Positions 14,401-39,087 of a stretch of DNA of 64,000 bases are shown piece after piece (position 1 is the first letter of the stretch; each line of letters begins with the position of its first letter). Under the pieces are notes generated by a model. It did no database searches. It had not been told where the DNA came from and saw only the letters and a list, made by a program, of their open reading frames with translations. Made by a program: the position numbers and the translations under genes. The DNA is from Amoebidium appalachense (taxonomy: Eukaryota; Protista; Ichthyosporea), in contig CAVNZM010000001.1 in NCBI GenBank assembly GCA_963693365.1, positions 14,556,418 to 14,620,417 on the forward strand, in the 5' to 3' direction.

Positions 14401-15069
14401 TGCATGAATTTACGTTTTGGCAAATGAAGAAGTGCTCATAGACGTGCACAACTCTATTCCACCGTCCTTGCTCTGTTCTGTCCAGCAGCTCGGCACACAC
14501 AAGAATTCTCGCTGAAGGTTGTTTATCGCCTCTCAGCCTGGTGGTTTGCTTGTCTAACGACACCACCAGGCTCCCGACAAGGGGGGGAGTGTAAACAACT
14601 GTACACATGAACTGTACATGTTTACTAAAGAATGTGATCTACTAGCACACAATTCGTTCTTTGTCATGAATATCACATAAATATTATGTCCACACCAATA
14701 GGAATCAATCTTACCTAAGAAATGAACCATGTATGATTCTACCGCTGCATACCACATAAACGAAGTGAACCAATAAGATGTTTGCATAAATAGGACAAAG
14801 GTCTGACTGGCTCGGACCGCACCAGAATCACGAATGGCATGTTGCCACCCGCGCTGGCCGCGGATGAACCAATCCTGGGCCTTGATCCGAAACCTGGGGG
14901 CTATATAAGAAAGCCGTCCCAGTACGGGGATCACATCAGTGAAGTCTGAGACAGACTGAGTCGGCCCATAGTAAAAGCAACCTGGCCGCGTGTGCCTTTC
15001 TACCCGTTCTCTGTCTTTATTTTGATTCAGTTGTACTCTGCCTTATCCTAACTAGTCCAACTGTTTACA
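11482..15069 (+). mobile_element. Non-autonomous LTR element C (Ty3/gypsy-derived)
   Basis: 480-bp LTRs at 11482-11961 and 14590-15069 look identical by eye, with TGTAAACA..TGTTTACA ends. TSD GTGCA at 11477-81 and 15070-74. PBS TGGCGACCGCGGCAGGAC; PPT AAGGGGGGGAG. No long ORF; relic RT motif AGLKLKGKKCSLFMKEVAF at ~14017-14073. Confidence 0.9.
11963..11980 (+). promoter_or_regulatory. Primer-binding site complementary to a tRNA-Arg 3' end
   Basis: TGGCGACCGCGGCAGGAC lies 1 nt after the 5' LTR. It is the reverse complement of ..GTCCTGCCGCGGTCGCCA, a metazoan-type tRNA-Arg(TCG) 3' end as recalled, not searched. Confidence 0.75.
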
Positions 15070-16279
15070 GTGCAGTGACGATGCCGAGGCCGTGGACGTC
15101 AGTCGGGGGGCATGGCTCAAGAGTAGAGAAGTACTCTTTTACTGGGCACACGTGGATGTTTGAAGCCGAGTCCCAGCAGGGGTCCATGGGTAGGGAGGCC
15201 GTGGTGGACACGAGGGCAAAATGCACCTCTTTTCCAGACTTGGTGTTGGCACGGTGACGACGGGCAATTGAGCAGCCAGGTTTGTCACACTGTGTGACAT
15301 GATGGTCTTCGTGACAGTAGGCACAGTCGAGGGAGCCAGTGGTCTTGGCTCGGGGTGGCTGGGAATGACGGTTACCCCCTTTACGTGGGGGGTAGGGTGA
15401 CCGGGAACGATAGCCGGGGGAACGGGACCGTGAGTAATCACGGTCAACTGAGGGGGATCGATCGGTGGGACGACCGCGGGGGTGACGGGAGACGGAGCTG
15501 TCACGTCGGGGGATCCGGTGTCTGAGGTCGTCCTTGGTGAGTACACGGCTTTGCAGGGCACGTGCTGTTCGGACGGTGGAGAAGGACCCGGACCCAGAGT
15601 CGATGAGACCTTCACGGATCTCTGCAGCTCTGATGTCACTGATTAGACGGTTGTAGGTCTCGTAGTTAATGGTACGACGGAAGTAGTCGGCAATCATGGC
15701 CTGGATGTCGGTACAAACTAACTTACGGTTCTTCTTGAGGTGGATGAAGAAGTTATCAACCATAGTCTTGTGAGGAATGGGCTCTTCGAGGATGTGCAGG
15801 GTAGTGCACAGACGGCGTGCCATGGTGAGGTAGGCCGTGACGGTCTTGAAGTCTTTGAGTTCAAGCTCATGGTAGTCGAGGAGGATTTGACGAGCACGAT
15901 CTTCACGTTCAGCCGCATAGGTCATACGGAGGTTGTGGAAAGCTTGGGCAGGTGACACATCATCGTGGATTTGACCAGAGTTATACAGCTCATCATTGGA
16001 GACGAGTTGAGTAAACATCTGTTCAAGGAGGTTGGAAGCCTCGGTGTAGGCCTCCTCAGTGTCGTAGCCGTGCCACTCATTCTCGTCGGAAGGGTCGACC
16101 CACTCGGGGGCCTTGATGACGGGCACTAACTTGGCCGCGGAGGTGGTACGTAGGTACCGGAAGATGACGGGTTCCCACTCATAATAGGTGAGACGTTTGC
16201 CGGACTTCTTGTCCGTGGTGTCATCCCCTTTCCAGGGGGTGAGGTTGAGATACGCAGGTTTCTCCGACATGGTGATCAA
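15070..16279 (-). CDS. Copia A2 gag/protease
   Basis: 404-aa ORF with an RS-rich linker, CAYCHEDHHVTQC knuckle and CWDSASNIHVC protease motif. It rejoins pol in frame across element C (..GIVTA|HHRGV..). Confidence 0.9.
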
Positions 16280-17142
16280 TCAGTCAGATGATGCGTGAGA
16301 GAGGAATCAGATCGGTATTCAAATTTGAATATTTTTGATTGCAGCGAGAGTATGTGTTTGCGAGAGCGTGCGAAAATGGGCCTTTAACCTGTTGTTTTGT
16401 ACGGGTCTAAGGGAGCAGAGTGCACAGAGGTGTCATGTAAAAACACGACTAACACATTAATGAGAGGGCAATCGGAGTTGTTCACGAGACATTGAAAGAT
16501 TTCAAACAACAACTGAATCTTTATTGTGCTCTCGGTTCCTTTTGTACTTGCGACTTATCACCTTATCACAACTAAAGAGGGAGAACCAATCGGTTCTATC
16601 AGAAGATAGAAAAACACATTCCGACAGAGCATACACATTCCAACTTCCGATTAAACTAAAGTGTAGAAACTCTTACTTAAATAAATTAAGTAATTATACA
16701 TCTAGTCACTATTAACTCACATATATATTTATGTTCGTCTCTATAAAGAAACTTATTTAAATACATATATTTCCTAACAGTCGACACTCTCAAAGTGAAG
16801 ACACTTTGCAATACACCGAATTCCATATATATCTATTGTCCAATCACAACACACATATATTAACAGACAGGAATGCACAACACAATCTACAGATGTACTC
16901 GCTCGCGACTATTGGCGAGCCATCCTTTTGAGAACAAACTAGGCCATTTTGAAATAAAGGAAAGACAACGAGTGAGGCTAGCCAATCACGCTACCTCTCA
17001 GATAAACAGAGGAGAGCAAATAGAAATAAAACACAATTTATTAAGTTCTTATCAGGCAAGAGAGCCAGGTGTGCACAGATCTACAGATATCTGTGCCCAC
17101 AGAAACAAGGGAGAGAGAGATACGGGGGGGGGGGGGGGGGGG

Positions 17143-17212
<70 letters not shown>

Positions 17213-17326
17213 GAGAGAGGGAGAGAGAGAGAGCACAAAGGAGGAAAGCAGACACGAATACAAACAAGCTAGGACACATACATACTTCAAGGCTCTTGCT
17301 GTCATACATGGTGACGTATTCCAACA

Positions 17327-18300
17327 GTTACCCAGAGCGACGGGTTTGGGTGTGATCGACCGGAAGTCTTCCATCCAGTCCTTTCGGCATGTGACATGGG
17401 AGGTTGCGCCGCAGTCCCAATACCACTCAGTTGAAGAAGGGAGTCCGCTGTTTACCGCCATGGCGAGTATCTCCTTGGAAGCTCCGTTCTGCTTCGCCTT
17501 GTCGCCGCGATTGCCGCCCTTCTTCTTCTTTGGACACTGTGACTTGTAGTGCCCAAACTTGTGACATTTGTAACACTCCACCTTGGATATGTCAGTCACG
17601 CGCGGCTTGCCGGTGTCCTGTCGTGGCGTACGGCCGCGCCATTGGGTGCTGGTCATCATCACCCGCTGCTGTTCCCTTGCAGCCTCGTTCTCCTCAAAAC
17701 CACGCAGCTTGGCGATTATCTTTTCCATTGTCTTCTCAGCTGCTGGTAAAGCTTGAATGGTCCTAACGTCGGTGCGGAATCGGTCGTCAGCGCCTACACC
17801 GTCCAGGAATTTCTCGGCAACCATGTCCTCACTAACTCCATTGGGGTCGATATGAAGAAGATCCTGCACAATGCACTCCAGACGGGCCGCATACTCCAGC
17901 ACGCTTTCCGTCGGCATCATATCAGCACGCCAGAACTGTTGAATCAACATTCTCTTGTGCTCACTGCTGTGTTGCGCGCAGCGTATGATGCTACCGTATC
18001 CCATATGTCCTTGGGATTTCCTACGGCAATAGCTCGCCGACACAGGCTTGCAGGTACATCACCTAGTGTCTCCACCAGGTAGGAAGTCGCCTTCTTCTGG
18101 TCCAAGGGGTCGATCTCCACCGGAGGTTGCTCCACCAGTTCGCCGTCCTCTCCTATCACTTCAGGAGCCACGTCTTCAATCGTGTACCATAATTCCTCGC
18201 CCTCGAGGAAGCACTTCATGCGCATGGCCCACATTGAGTAGGAGATTTTGCCCTTGCCTTCTCCTTCATACATGGGAACTGGACATTTTGCTCTTCCCAT
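17327..18300 (-). CDS. Copia B gag/protease, one frameshift near 17985
   Basis: Overlapping ORFs 18300-17944 (YSMWAMRMKCFL) and 18043-17327, with zinc knuckle CYKCHKFGHYKSQC and protease motif WYWDCGATSH. Confidence 0.9.
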
Positions 18301-18727
18301 CTTGTCTCAACAGTCGCTTGATCGTAGCGTTGCACTGGGTCCGTAACCGTAACTTAGAGGTTTCTCTGTGAGACTTTATTATTTGCTGACTTGCATTGAC
18401 TGGCCCGCCGGGACCTTTATATACTTGTGGTCTGGCTCACTGGAATGTTACATACTATTCCCGATTGGTCTACCCGCCGCTATGGATCTAGTCGCTACCA
18501 ATCAAAGCACTCCAATAGAATCTTCTAGACTCTTCTAGATCTATTCTGATCTATCGTGAACCTATCCACCAGTTTATCCCGAATATCTCGAATATTCCCG
18601 ATCACTAGTGCTACGCTAACGCAGGGCATACCGGATGGCTATCCTGTTCGACACCTTCGAGGAGGATGACGTACCCAGACGTGGAACGACGGGTGGTGGG
18701 GCAACCAGCAAAGTCAGAATCCGTGTA

Positions 18728-21700
18728 TACATTGATGCATCCGAAATGTACTCTGATCGGAGAACTTAGCGGCCATAAGTACTCTGACCGCAGTACTTTA
18801 GGAATGCTTGTTTCGGAAGGATACCGCGAGCTATTGGGGCCCAGGAGCCCGCTTTTTTTTGTACAGCCAGTAAGAAAACATAAGTTTACACCTTTTTTGT
18901 CTTTGGTACGGTAACTAACAAGGCCTTCCCTAGCTTTTATTGGTTGCCGACGCTGTTGCAAGTTTTTGAATTCATGCTCGACAACAACATGATTCATGAT
19001 CAAACGGACGAAACTTGCTGAGTCCGCGAACACAACAAGCCATGGGTTTCATGTGAAAGATGAGCGCCCAACATGGCCAAAACATTAGACCCAATAGAGT
19101 CACTTTATTCTGGAGCTCGTGTCTGTTGTTTTGCATACATATTTGACGGGGTTCAGGGGGAAGATTTCACAGATGACACCACACGTTGGTCTTACAAGAA
19201 GTTCGGCCTGAGTTGGGACACACAAATACTGGTTGGCACAGTAGTGAAACGATGCAAGACAAACGAAGGCAGTGAATGGAAAGTAAAGTTTGATTTTGAC
19301 GGTACCACAGAAGTAGTTCTGCGCCATCAGCTAACTTTAATAGATGAAGAAGACAGTGAACACACAAGTAGCGAGCTAGAGAGTGATAGTGACGAAGATC
19401 CAGATGGAGACATCCAACAAGTAGAGATTCCTGTCACAGACAGTGAGAATGAAGATGAGATAGAACTTGTAGATGAACAAGTAGAGTTACCTACCCCCAC
19501 CGACCCCACGTGCACCTTGCAATGGACCATTCCAGATGAGCAAGTACTTGACAAAAGAACAGGCCCACGCAGAAAACCAACCATTCCACTAGCACTAAAC
19601 AAGCGCAAGAGTGTTCTGTGTTTGTTTGAACACTTCATGCCTATGGAGTATCTCTTCACAGCAGTCATTCCACTCACAAACGAAGTAGGTCGTGCACGTT
19701 ACAAAAATTGGGTTGACTTAACCCCGGGTGAGCTACTTAGGTGGTTGGGTATGTGGATTTACATGGCTGGAACATTCGAACCCGGCTCGAGATCGAACTA
19801 CTGGACGTCGGCAGCAGAGAACCCAAGCCACATATTTCCCGTACACGACTTTGCCCGCTTCATGACCGAACACCGGTTCGAAAACATCCGTGCCTGCTTT
19901 ACCGTCACCGACATCACTCAATATCCGGAGGATGATCCACTGAAAGACACACGCGGTTTCATGGAAGCACTGCAGAGTCGGTGCCGTTGCTCTATCGAGC
20001 CCGGGGATGAATTATGCGAAGACGAGGCCATCTTTGCCAGCTATCATTGCAACCTTCCGTGCCAAATCTATATAAAACGAAAACCCCACCCTCTCGGTCA
20101 AGAAATAAAAACTCTACACGACTGTGTAACCAACATACTCATTAACTTCGAAATGAACGAGGGGAAGCTTAGGATGGCAAGCAAACCGTACCGACAGTTG
20201 GGAGCTGGAACAGGCACCACCTTGCGTCTTCTAACCCCAAGGGCCAACCCCACCCACCGTAACCCCAGAACGATCGTCGGAGACAGCTGGTTTGGGTCAG
20301 TAACCGGGACAAGGGAAGTGTACAAAATCGGATTCTACGCACTTTTCAATGTCAAAACCGCAACCAGAGACTTTCCCCTCAACATGTTGGACCTTCTATG
20401 TGAGGAAGGACGTGGTGTATGGTCGGAGGCAGTGTGCAGTGTGGACGGAGTAGACCTCGTTGCGGTGTTATGGAGAAACAAGAACTACAGTATGAAAGTG
20501 ATCACCTCATGTTCAAGTACTCAGCCGGGTCAACCGAGAAAAATCACGAAACGGAAATGACGTCCCCCAACCGAAAGCAGTCGAAGAATACTTCGAAAAC
20601 TACAACATGGCCGATATATTCAACAAAACACGAATGTTAAACGGCTCTGTGGACGAAGCCTTGGGCACTAAACGTCACCAACTCCGCACCTTTGGGGGGC
20701 TTCTGGGGTTTGTAGTAGCAAACGTACACTTTGCATACAGATACTTTGGCAAATCCACAAACACGAGCATGGACACAAGGCGTGAGCTAGCAGAAGCACT
20801 CATATGCAACCCCCACCTGCCTGCACTAGAATACCCCCTTCCCCCTGCTGCTCCTGCCCCCCATGCTCTACACGGACACCAGCGTGCCAGAAAAGAAAGA
20901 AAAGGTAGATGCGTTCTCTGCTTTAGGAACAAAGGGGAACGCCACCAGACACATACCTACTGCATCAAGTGTAATGTGTTTCTCTGCAATGATCAAACAC
21001 GTGCATGCTTCGAAAACCACATCACACATGGTGTTCCTCCACGCACACGCACCCAAGTCAACACAAACACAGGCCCGGTACGATCACGCAGAAACACTAC
21101 ACGTTAAAGTACCTTCTGCCCACTGGTCAGTTTCTGTACATTGCGCAACACTCATTTGTCGTTTTCGGATTAGGGGTGATTTGTTTGGTTTTTATTCGTT
21201 TCTTCGAAACTGTTTGTGGTAACTAGATGCTAAAAGGGTTATTTGAAGTGTGTGTACCGAAAAAAACGAATTTGAAAGCTGATGTCAATGTTTCTCAAAC
21301 GAAAAATGCACCTGTGGTGCAAAAGCAACAACGTGAACGTTTAAAGTATGCATCTTTGGCACGCATTTGTAACAAGTTTGACGTTTTTCTTGGCTCAGGC
21401 CTATGGCCTCCCGGTGCCAGAACCCGTAAAGTGCAAAATAAGCCATACCAACAAGCATTCCGAGAAATTATTGTAGTCATGGGGTGCGCAAACACTACAA
21501 AGTTCTCCGTAAATTGAAGCTCAAAATCGTTGAATGCCTACCATTACTTACTAAGCCACTACCCCGCCAAGAATTTTTCTACGGTTTTTTTGTGATGTGC
21601 TTGTTCCCTGTCACGTTAGGGTAAAATGGTGAGAAAAAGAGAGTAACACGTGCAAAACTGACCCTGCGCCAGGCGTTTTTATATGATGACGTCATACAGT

Positions 21701-21742
21701 ACTCTGGTTGGAGCATTTATCGATTCAGGTCGGATCAACATG
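18728..21742 (+). mobile_element. piggyBac-like DNA transposon with non-TTAA target
   Basis: It interrupts A1 pol exactly at ECY|TDSD. The duplicated target is TA (or TGTA). Imperfect TIRs TACATTGATGCATCC / CATGTTGATCCGACC; subterminal (A)GTACT(CTG) motifs at both ends. Confidence 0.85.
19073..21107 (+). CDS. piggyBac-family DDD transposase, single frameshift near 20550
   Basis: Acidic N-terminal region; catalytic motifs LCEDEAI, IVGDSWFGS and, in the shifted frame, VPQPKAVEEY..NMADIFN; IKRKPHPLG; C-terminal Cys-rich domain CVLC..THTYCIKCNVFLC..CFENH. Confidence 0.9.
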
Positions 21743-23500
21743 TAGCACTCAAGGATGGGCACCTTGCTGTTGGGGGCCTTCTTCTTGTAGTAGAGGCCGA
21801 GGTTGATGGTGCCGATCAGGTAACGAACAACACGGAGGAGAAGCCCCCAGGCAGTCTTGGTGGGCTTGGAGCTGAATCGGCCGAGGTAGCCAATGGCATA
21901 CGAGATGTCAGGCCGGGAGCACCGAGCAACCCACAGCAGACGGCCGAGGAGTTCACGGTAGGGGACGGAGGTGGGCAGGGAGGAGAGGGAGGTCTCGTTG
22001 ATGATGACGGTGCCCACGGGAATGGGGGTGGCCTTGGGCTTGGCATCGGCCAGGTTGAAGTCGGTGATGATGTCCTTGATGTAGAAGGACTGCAGCAGCT
22101 TGAGGGAGTCATTGGTGTACAGCAGTTGGGTGCCGAGGAAGATGTCTGGCAGACCGACCTTGCACTCGGCAGACTTCGTGATGTGAATAACAAGCTCCTG
22201 CATGATGGTGGAGTACCGTGTGCAGGTGATGATGGCATCATCAACGTAGTTGCCCGAACGGATGATGTCCCCTCCCCGTTGGGGAACTGTCGGAAGTAGA
22301 CACACGGATCGGAACGGAGACGGGTGAGGCCGTGGGCAACAAGGATGGAGTTGAAAAACTCGTACCATGCCAGGGAGGCCTGCTTGAGTCCGTAGAGGGC
22401 CTTCTTGAGTTTCCAGACTTTGTGTTCGTTGCCAGGGAGGATGAAACCAGGAGGTTGCTCCATGTACAAAGTCTCGTCGAGGGGGCTGTTGAGGAAGGCC
22501 GTGCTGATGTCGAGTTGATGGAGCTCGTGACCCTGCTGAACTATAGGTACAGGTTTGGATGACTCATGTAAATGTGTGTAAATTGTTAGCTATATCAGGT
22601 ACAAGAACACCACATTTGTCTATGTTAAGGATCATAAGGTTTGCCTTGCACCGCTCTGACACTACATCGAACAATCTTTGCAGGCGTCTAGGGGTACGGG
22701 CAAGGAGGGACAGATCATCAGCATAGAGAAGTGCAGGCGGAAAGTTATTAATAGGGTCATCATTTTCGGTGTGAATTTTTATGTCGCGTTTTACCTCTTT
22801 CCCTCCGGGTATCTGCTACACTAGCTGGCAATGTGAATACTTTAGACTTTTTGTTGAATTCTGTTGGTCGTCACATTGAGTATTTATATGATTTTCACAC
22901 AGTGTTCAGGTATCTCAGTATGCACTTGTTACTGGATAACTCGTGAAGTTTTTATTGTCTTCTCAGTATGCCGTGCATACTTGCATATCTTTCCGTCGAA
23001 TAAATCCAGTCAAAAGAAAAATTTTCGGTGAATCTTGACAGCCAAATAGCCAAATCAAGCACATATCGCGGCGCAGGCCAAGGGCTAGGGAGATGTTCTA
23101 GGGGGCTGTATGGTGGCTCACTCTTGCCGCCTTACGCGTAAGTCAGTTTCTTGAACTGCTGTGCCACTGGCAGGCTGAACTTTCTGTCAAATAAGCGGTT
23201 GGACAGATTTCGAGTGCATGTTGATGTTGGAAGGTGGTGGTGTGTATCTATCTGGTGTACCATACGTATGTATGTAAACACAACCAATAATTTTTAGTAT
23301 GGACACTGGAAAATTTTCCCTCCTTAAAAATTACGCTCTATCACCTTGTTTATGACGGTCCAGCCCATTTGGCACTTGCAACGCCGATTATTTTCTGGAC
23401 CTTTGACAGCTTCCTCATGTATATATAGATAAGTTCACTCGAGAGGAGTTTCGTTTTTGGAGCAGGTTTTGCTGAAACAGAAGTGGAAAAGCAGGGCAAC

Positions 23501-34860
<11,360 letters not shown>

Positions 34861-35764
34861 CCCGTACGCCACCCACGTACACACGTGCACACGTGCACAC
34901 TTATGCACACGTGCACACACATGCACACGTGCACACACATGCACACGTGCACACACATGCACATACACATGCACACACACATGCACATACACATGCACAC
35001 GTGCACACACATGCACACACACATGCACATACACATGCACAAGTGCACACACATGCACACACACATGCACACTTGCACACTTGCACACGTGCACACACAT
35101 GCACACATGCGCACACGCAGACACATACACACATGGACACATGCACACATACAAGTGCACACACATGGGCATGCATACACACATGCACACACACGTGCAC
35201 ACACACGCGCACGCACACGCAACGCACATACACGTGCGTACACATGCAAACGTGCGTAAACAGCAATGCATGCTCACAAACACGTCTGCACATGCACACA
35301 CACATGCGCACACTAGCACGCGCGTGCACTCAGACAGGCATGTACACGTACACGTTACACACACAGCTACACATATGCACACACATGCACACCTCTGTAC
35401 ACGTATGAGCAAACATGAGGATGACCACACATTCATTGCTTTTAGCACAGTGTGGCATTATTGTATCCACACACACACACCACAAGCATGTGTGACAGGA
35501 ATTGTAATTGGTTTTTCTCAGATGCATGCCTACTTGTGTGCCATCTAGTACTCTATTCCTTATCGGTAGGGTATTTCCACGGAGGTCGAGGTTATACAAA
35601 CTAGACTCACGTTGGTATGTCTTTGTACTTGCATGTGTGTGCATACACACGTCCTGCTGTGTTTTTATCTGCATTGGGTCATGGATAGACACGGTAACGC
35701 ACACGCACACACTCTGCATGAGCACACACACACACACACACACAAACACACCCACACACACACA

Positions 35765-35853
<89 letters not shown>

Positions 35854-35885
35854 ACTCACACACACTCACACACACACTCACAAAC

Positions 35886-35981
<96 letters not shown>

Positions 35982-36498
35982 GTACCGGCTGGACTGGCTG
36001 TTTATTGCTGTGTTTGCTCTGGATGCCACCTTTCAGCTCTGCACCCTCGCCATGAAGATCTACTGGCAGGACGAAGACATCGTCCTCTGAGCAACCCCCC
36101 CCCCCCCCCCCCCCCCCCCCGCGGTGCTCGGGTTATAAAAAAGGGAGAGTGGTATGGTATTGTGGGTGTTGTTAACTGGTGAATATGCGGCATGGATCGT
36201 GCGCCTTCTTTTTATCGATGATGAATCTTTTTGCCTGCACAAAGTTTTAGGCTTATCTGGCGCCGTTTTTCTTGGCATGTATAGATATCCATGGAGACTG
36301 TGCATAGGGTCTGCCAAGATCTTTTTCAGAGCTTGAGTGCGAGTGTTAATGCAACAAGCACACTAGTCAGACACAAGCATACACATGTATACGGCTGAAG
36401 ATTTCACACCGCAAGCATGTTCCACTGGGTGCCCACATATACACCACACGTACACCCACACGTACATACACGCACAGCCGCCTGCGCGCGCGCGCACT

Positions 36499-36572
<74 letters not shown>

Positions 36573-37131
36573 CACAGACACATGCGCACACGTGCACACA
36601 TACGTACACGTAGAGGCGCAGAAATGTTTTATTATTATGTGCATGTATGCTATGAATATGCCGTGATGGTTTTGGGCCCAGTATGTTGTCCTCATAAGCT
36701 AGATGTCTTTACTAGTTTTAAGTACTTTTCGTATGGTTCACTGTGTTAGCATGAAGGACTTTTTGTTGTTGCAAAACCGGGGACCCAGACTATTTAAAAT
36801 GCCGATCGACATTTGTGTTGACCGGAGTCACCTTCCCACATATGTCATGTCTCTATTCGTGTCGAATAGTTATTAAAAGCCTCTATTCATGTCGAATAGT
36901 TATGAAAAATAATGAAAAATTTCAAGACGATATGCATGTTTTTTTTTTCTTTTTTGTTTTTTTTTTTGTTTTTTTTTGTGATGGTGGTGGTGGTGGTGGG
37001 GGGGGGGGGGGGGGGGGGGGGGGGGTTGCAGGCCAAAGTGTCGTCCAGGCCAAAGTGTTGTCATCTCTAATTAAAATCCAGGTCGTCAAAATTTGACTGA
37101 TCTAGGGTGAATATCGGGCAGGCCAAAATGC

Positions 37132-37164
<33 letters not shown>

Positions 37165-37232
37165 TACTACTACCCTGGGTGACAGGGGGGTCAGAGGGTT
37201 TGTGTGTGGTGGGAGAAACACAGTGTGGGCGG

Positions 37233-37266
<34 letters not shown>

Positions 37267-37289
37267 ATAAAAAAACATTGTGGTAACCT

Positions 37290-37327
<38 letters not shown>

Positions 37328-37445
37328 TACTATCCCGGAAACAGGGAGGGAGTGCAGGGGTGCAGGGGGGTCAGGGTGTGTATATGTGGTTGGAGAAACA
37401 CAGCGTGGGCACGGACCTGCACGGTCTGGCCTAGATGGCAAAATT

Positions 37446-37504
<59 letters not shown>

Positions 37505-37928
37505 GAAACGGGGAGGGAGTACATGGGTGGTAAGGTTGCAAATGTAAGGTTTACACTGTATTTTATGGTGTGTGTGTGTCATTCCACACACACACACACA
37601 CACACACATACATCAGTGTAAGCGCATCCAAGCACGACATTATCATACTCTAAAGCTTTGACAATGTATAGGCTATGTCCAAACATGTTATTGTATCGTA
37701 CACACACTTCAATGTGTCAAAATAAACCACACCCAGACTTGTTATTGTATCGTGTGTGTATGCACTGCACACACACTTCAACGTGTTGAAATATACTACA
37801 CAAACAAACTTATACACACATACACAGTGCACGTGAAGAGCTAGCAAAAGTTTTGGAGAAAAAAAACTAAACACCTGCCTTTATAGTACATACCTGTTAT
37901 AGATACCATTTACTTTTACCATTTACTT

Positions 37929-39003
37929 TTATTTTCTACCTCGGCCCCTACCCTTTCCCCTGCTGCCACCGGAAGCGCCGCCACGGCCCTTCATTGGCTT
38001 TCCTGTGACAGATTTGGTCACCTCCGTTTTGGACTTTTTCTGCATGTGTGCATCCTCGTCCCTTACTTCCCCATTCCGTTTGCCGTCACCAGCTTCCTTA
38101 GTTGGGTCTGACGGGGATGTAACGGGCATATGCACAGGCGGGGTGGCCATGGCATCCAACATGTCACGCGCAGCTGATGCATTCTCCTCTCCGGTCTCTT
38201 GTGTGTCTGGGGGGGGGCTGGCCAACAGGGACATCCCGTGTTCCCTCCACCAACAAAACACACGACTCCACCTTGGGCATCCCAGCAATGGCAGCGAGAG
38301 CGGCCCTGTTGAAGAACTCCTTGGTGGTTTGGTCTGGAAAGCAAAACAAAGTTAGTGTCATGGGTGAAGCACATATGAAAAATGTTTACCACACTAAAAA
38401 CCTGAATGTGGTTTAGTTTTTCTTATTACGTGCTCCGGAAATGAAAAGTAATACATGGAAATGACACCCAGTTTCCAAGCTCCTGGTAGGGATCACGTAC
38501 CCTGTTGCCAGCCAAAGAACACTTGCGAAACGTCCATTCTGACACGATAGCACGACATGGTCTCTTGAGTGCGTCGAGAGCAGCGACAAAATAGACGTCA
38601 AAGTCCTTACAGCTCCATTTTCGTGGGACTTGGCCTTTATGGTTGTGGTGATTGCAGAACCCCACTCGTACACAGCCAAGGCAAGTGCATGTGAAACCAT
38701 CACAAACAACAAAACACCGCCGCGTTCCTCGTTGCCAGTGGGGCCATTTGCCCACCACGTCCATGGGAAGCTAATCACACCACGCCGGTCTTGGAAATGC
38801 TCCGTCACCTGATACAAACATGGCATAGCGGGTAGCAGAACATGTGCCATAAAGAAGGAAAAAAACCCTTATGCACCTGGAACGCCAACAACAAGCACAA
38901 CTTGCGGAGGCCGTACTAGAGCACACATGATTAGTGTATGAAAATCAGTGCAATGCAATGCTTACATAATAAGTGACGTATCCATCATCATTATGGATAC
39001 TGT

Positions 39004-39087
<84 letters not shown>

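Larger units (their letters stand above)
6600..17326 (-). mobile_element. Ty1/copia retrotransposon family A, copy 2, full length, interrupted by element C
   Basis: LTRs at 6600-7535 and 16390-17326; 5-bp TSD GTTAC at 6595-6599 and 17327-17331; PPT next to 7535. Confidence 0.95.
2991..18653 (-). mobile_element. Ty1/copia retrotransposon family B, full length, interrupted by copy A2
   Basis: 306-bp LTRs at 2991-3296 and 18348-18653 are nearly identical. 5-bp TSD CCTTC at 2986-2990 and 18654-18658. PPT complement CCCCCACTT follows 3296. Confidence 0.95.
952..22538 (-). mobile_element. Ty1/copia retrotransposon family A, copy 1 (5'-truncated host element, interrupted by element B and a piggyBac-like transposon)
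   Basis: 3' LTR at 952-1867 is followed by the PPT complement TCCCCACTCA. Pol pieces at 2611-2990, 18654-18727 and 21743-~22538 are collinear with and highly similar to copy A2. Homology stops near 22538 and no 5' LTR is seen. Confidence 0.9.
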
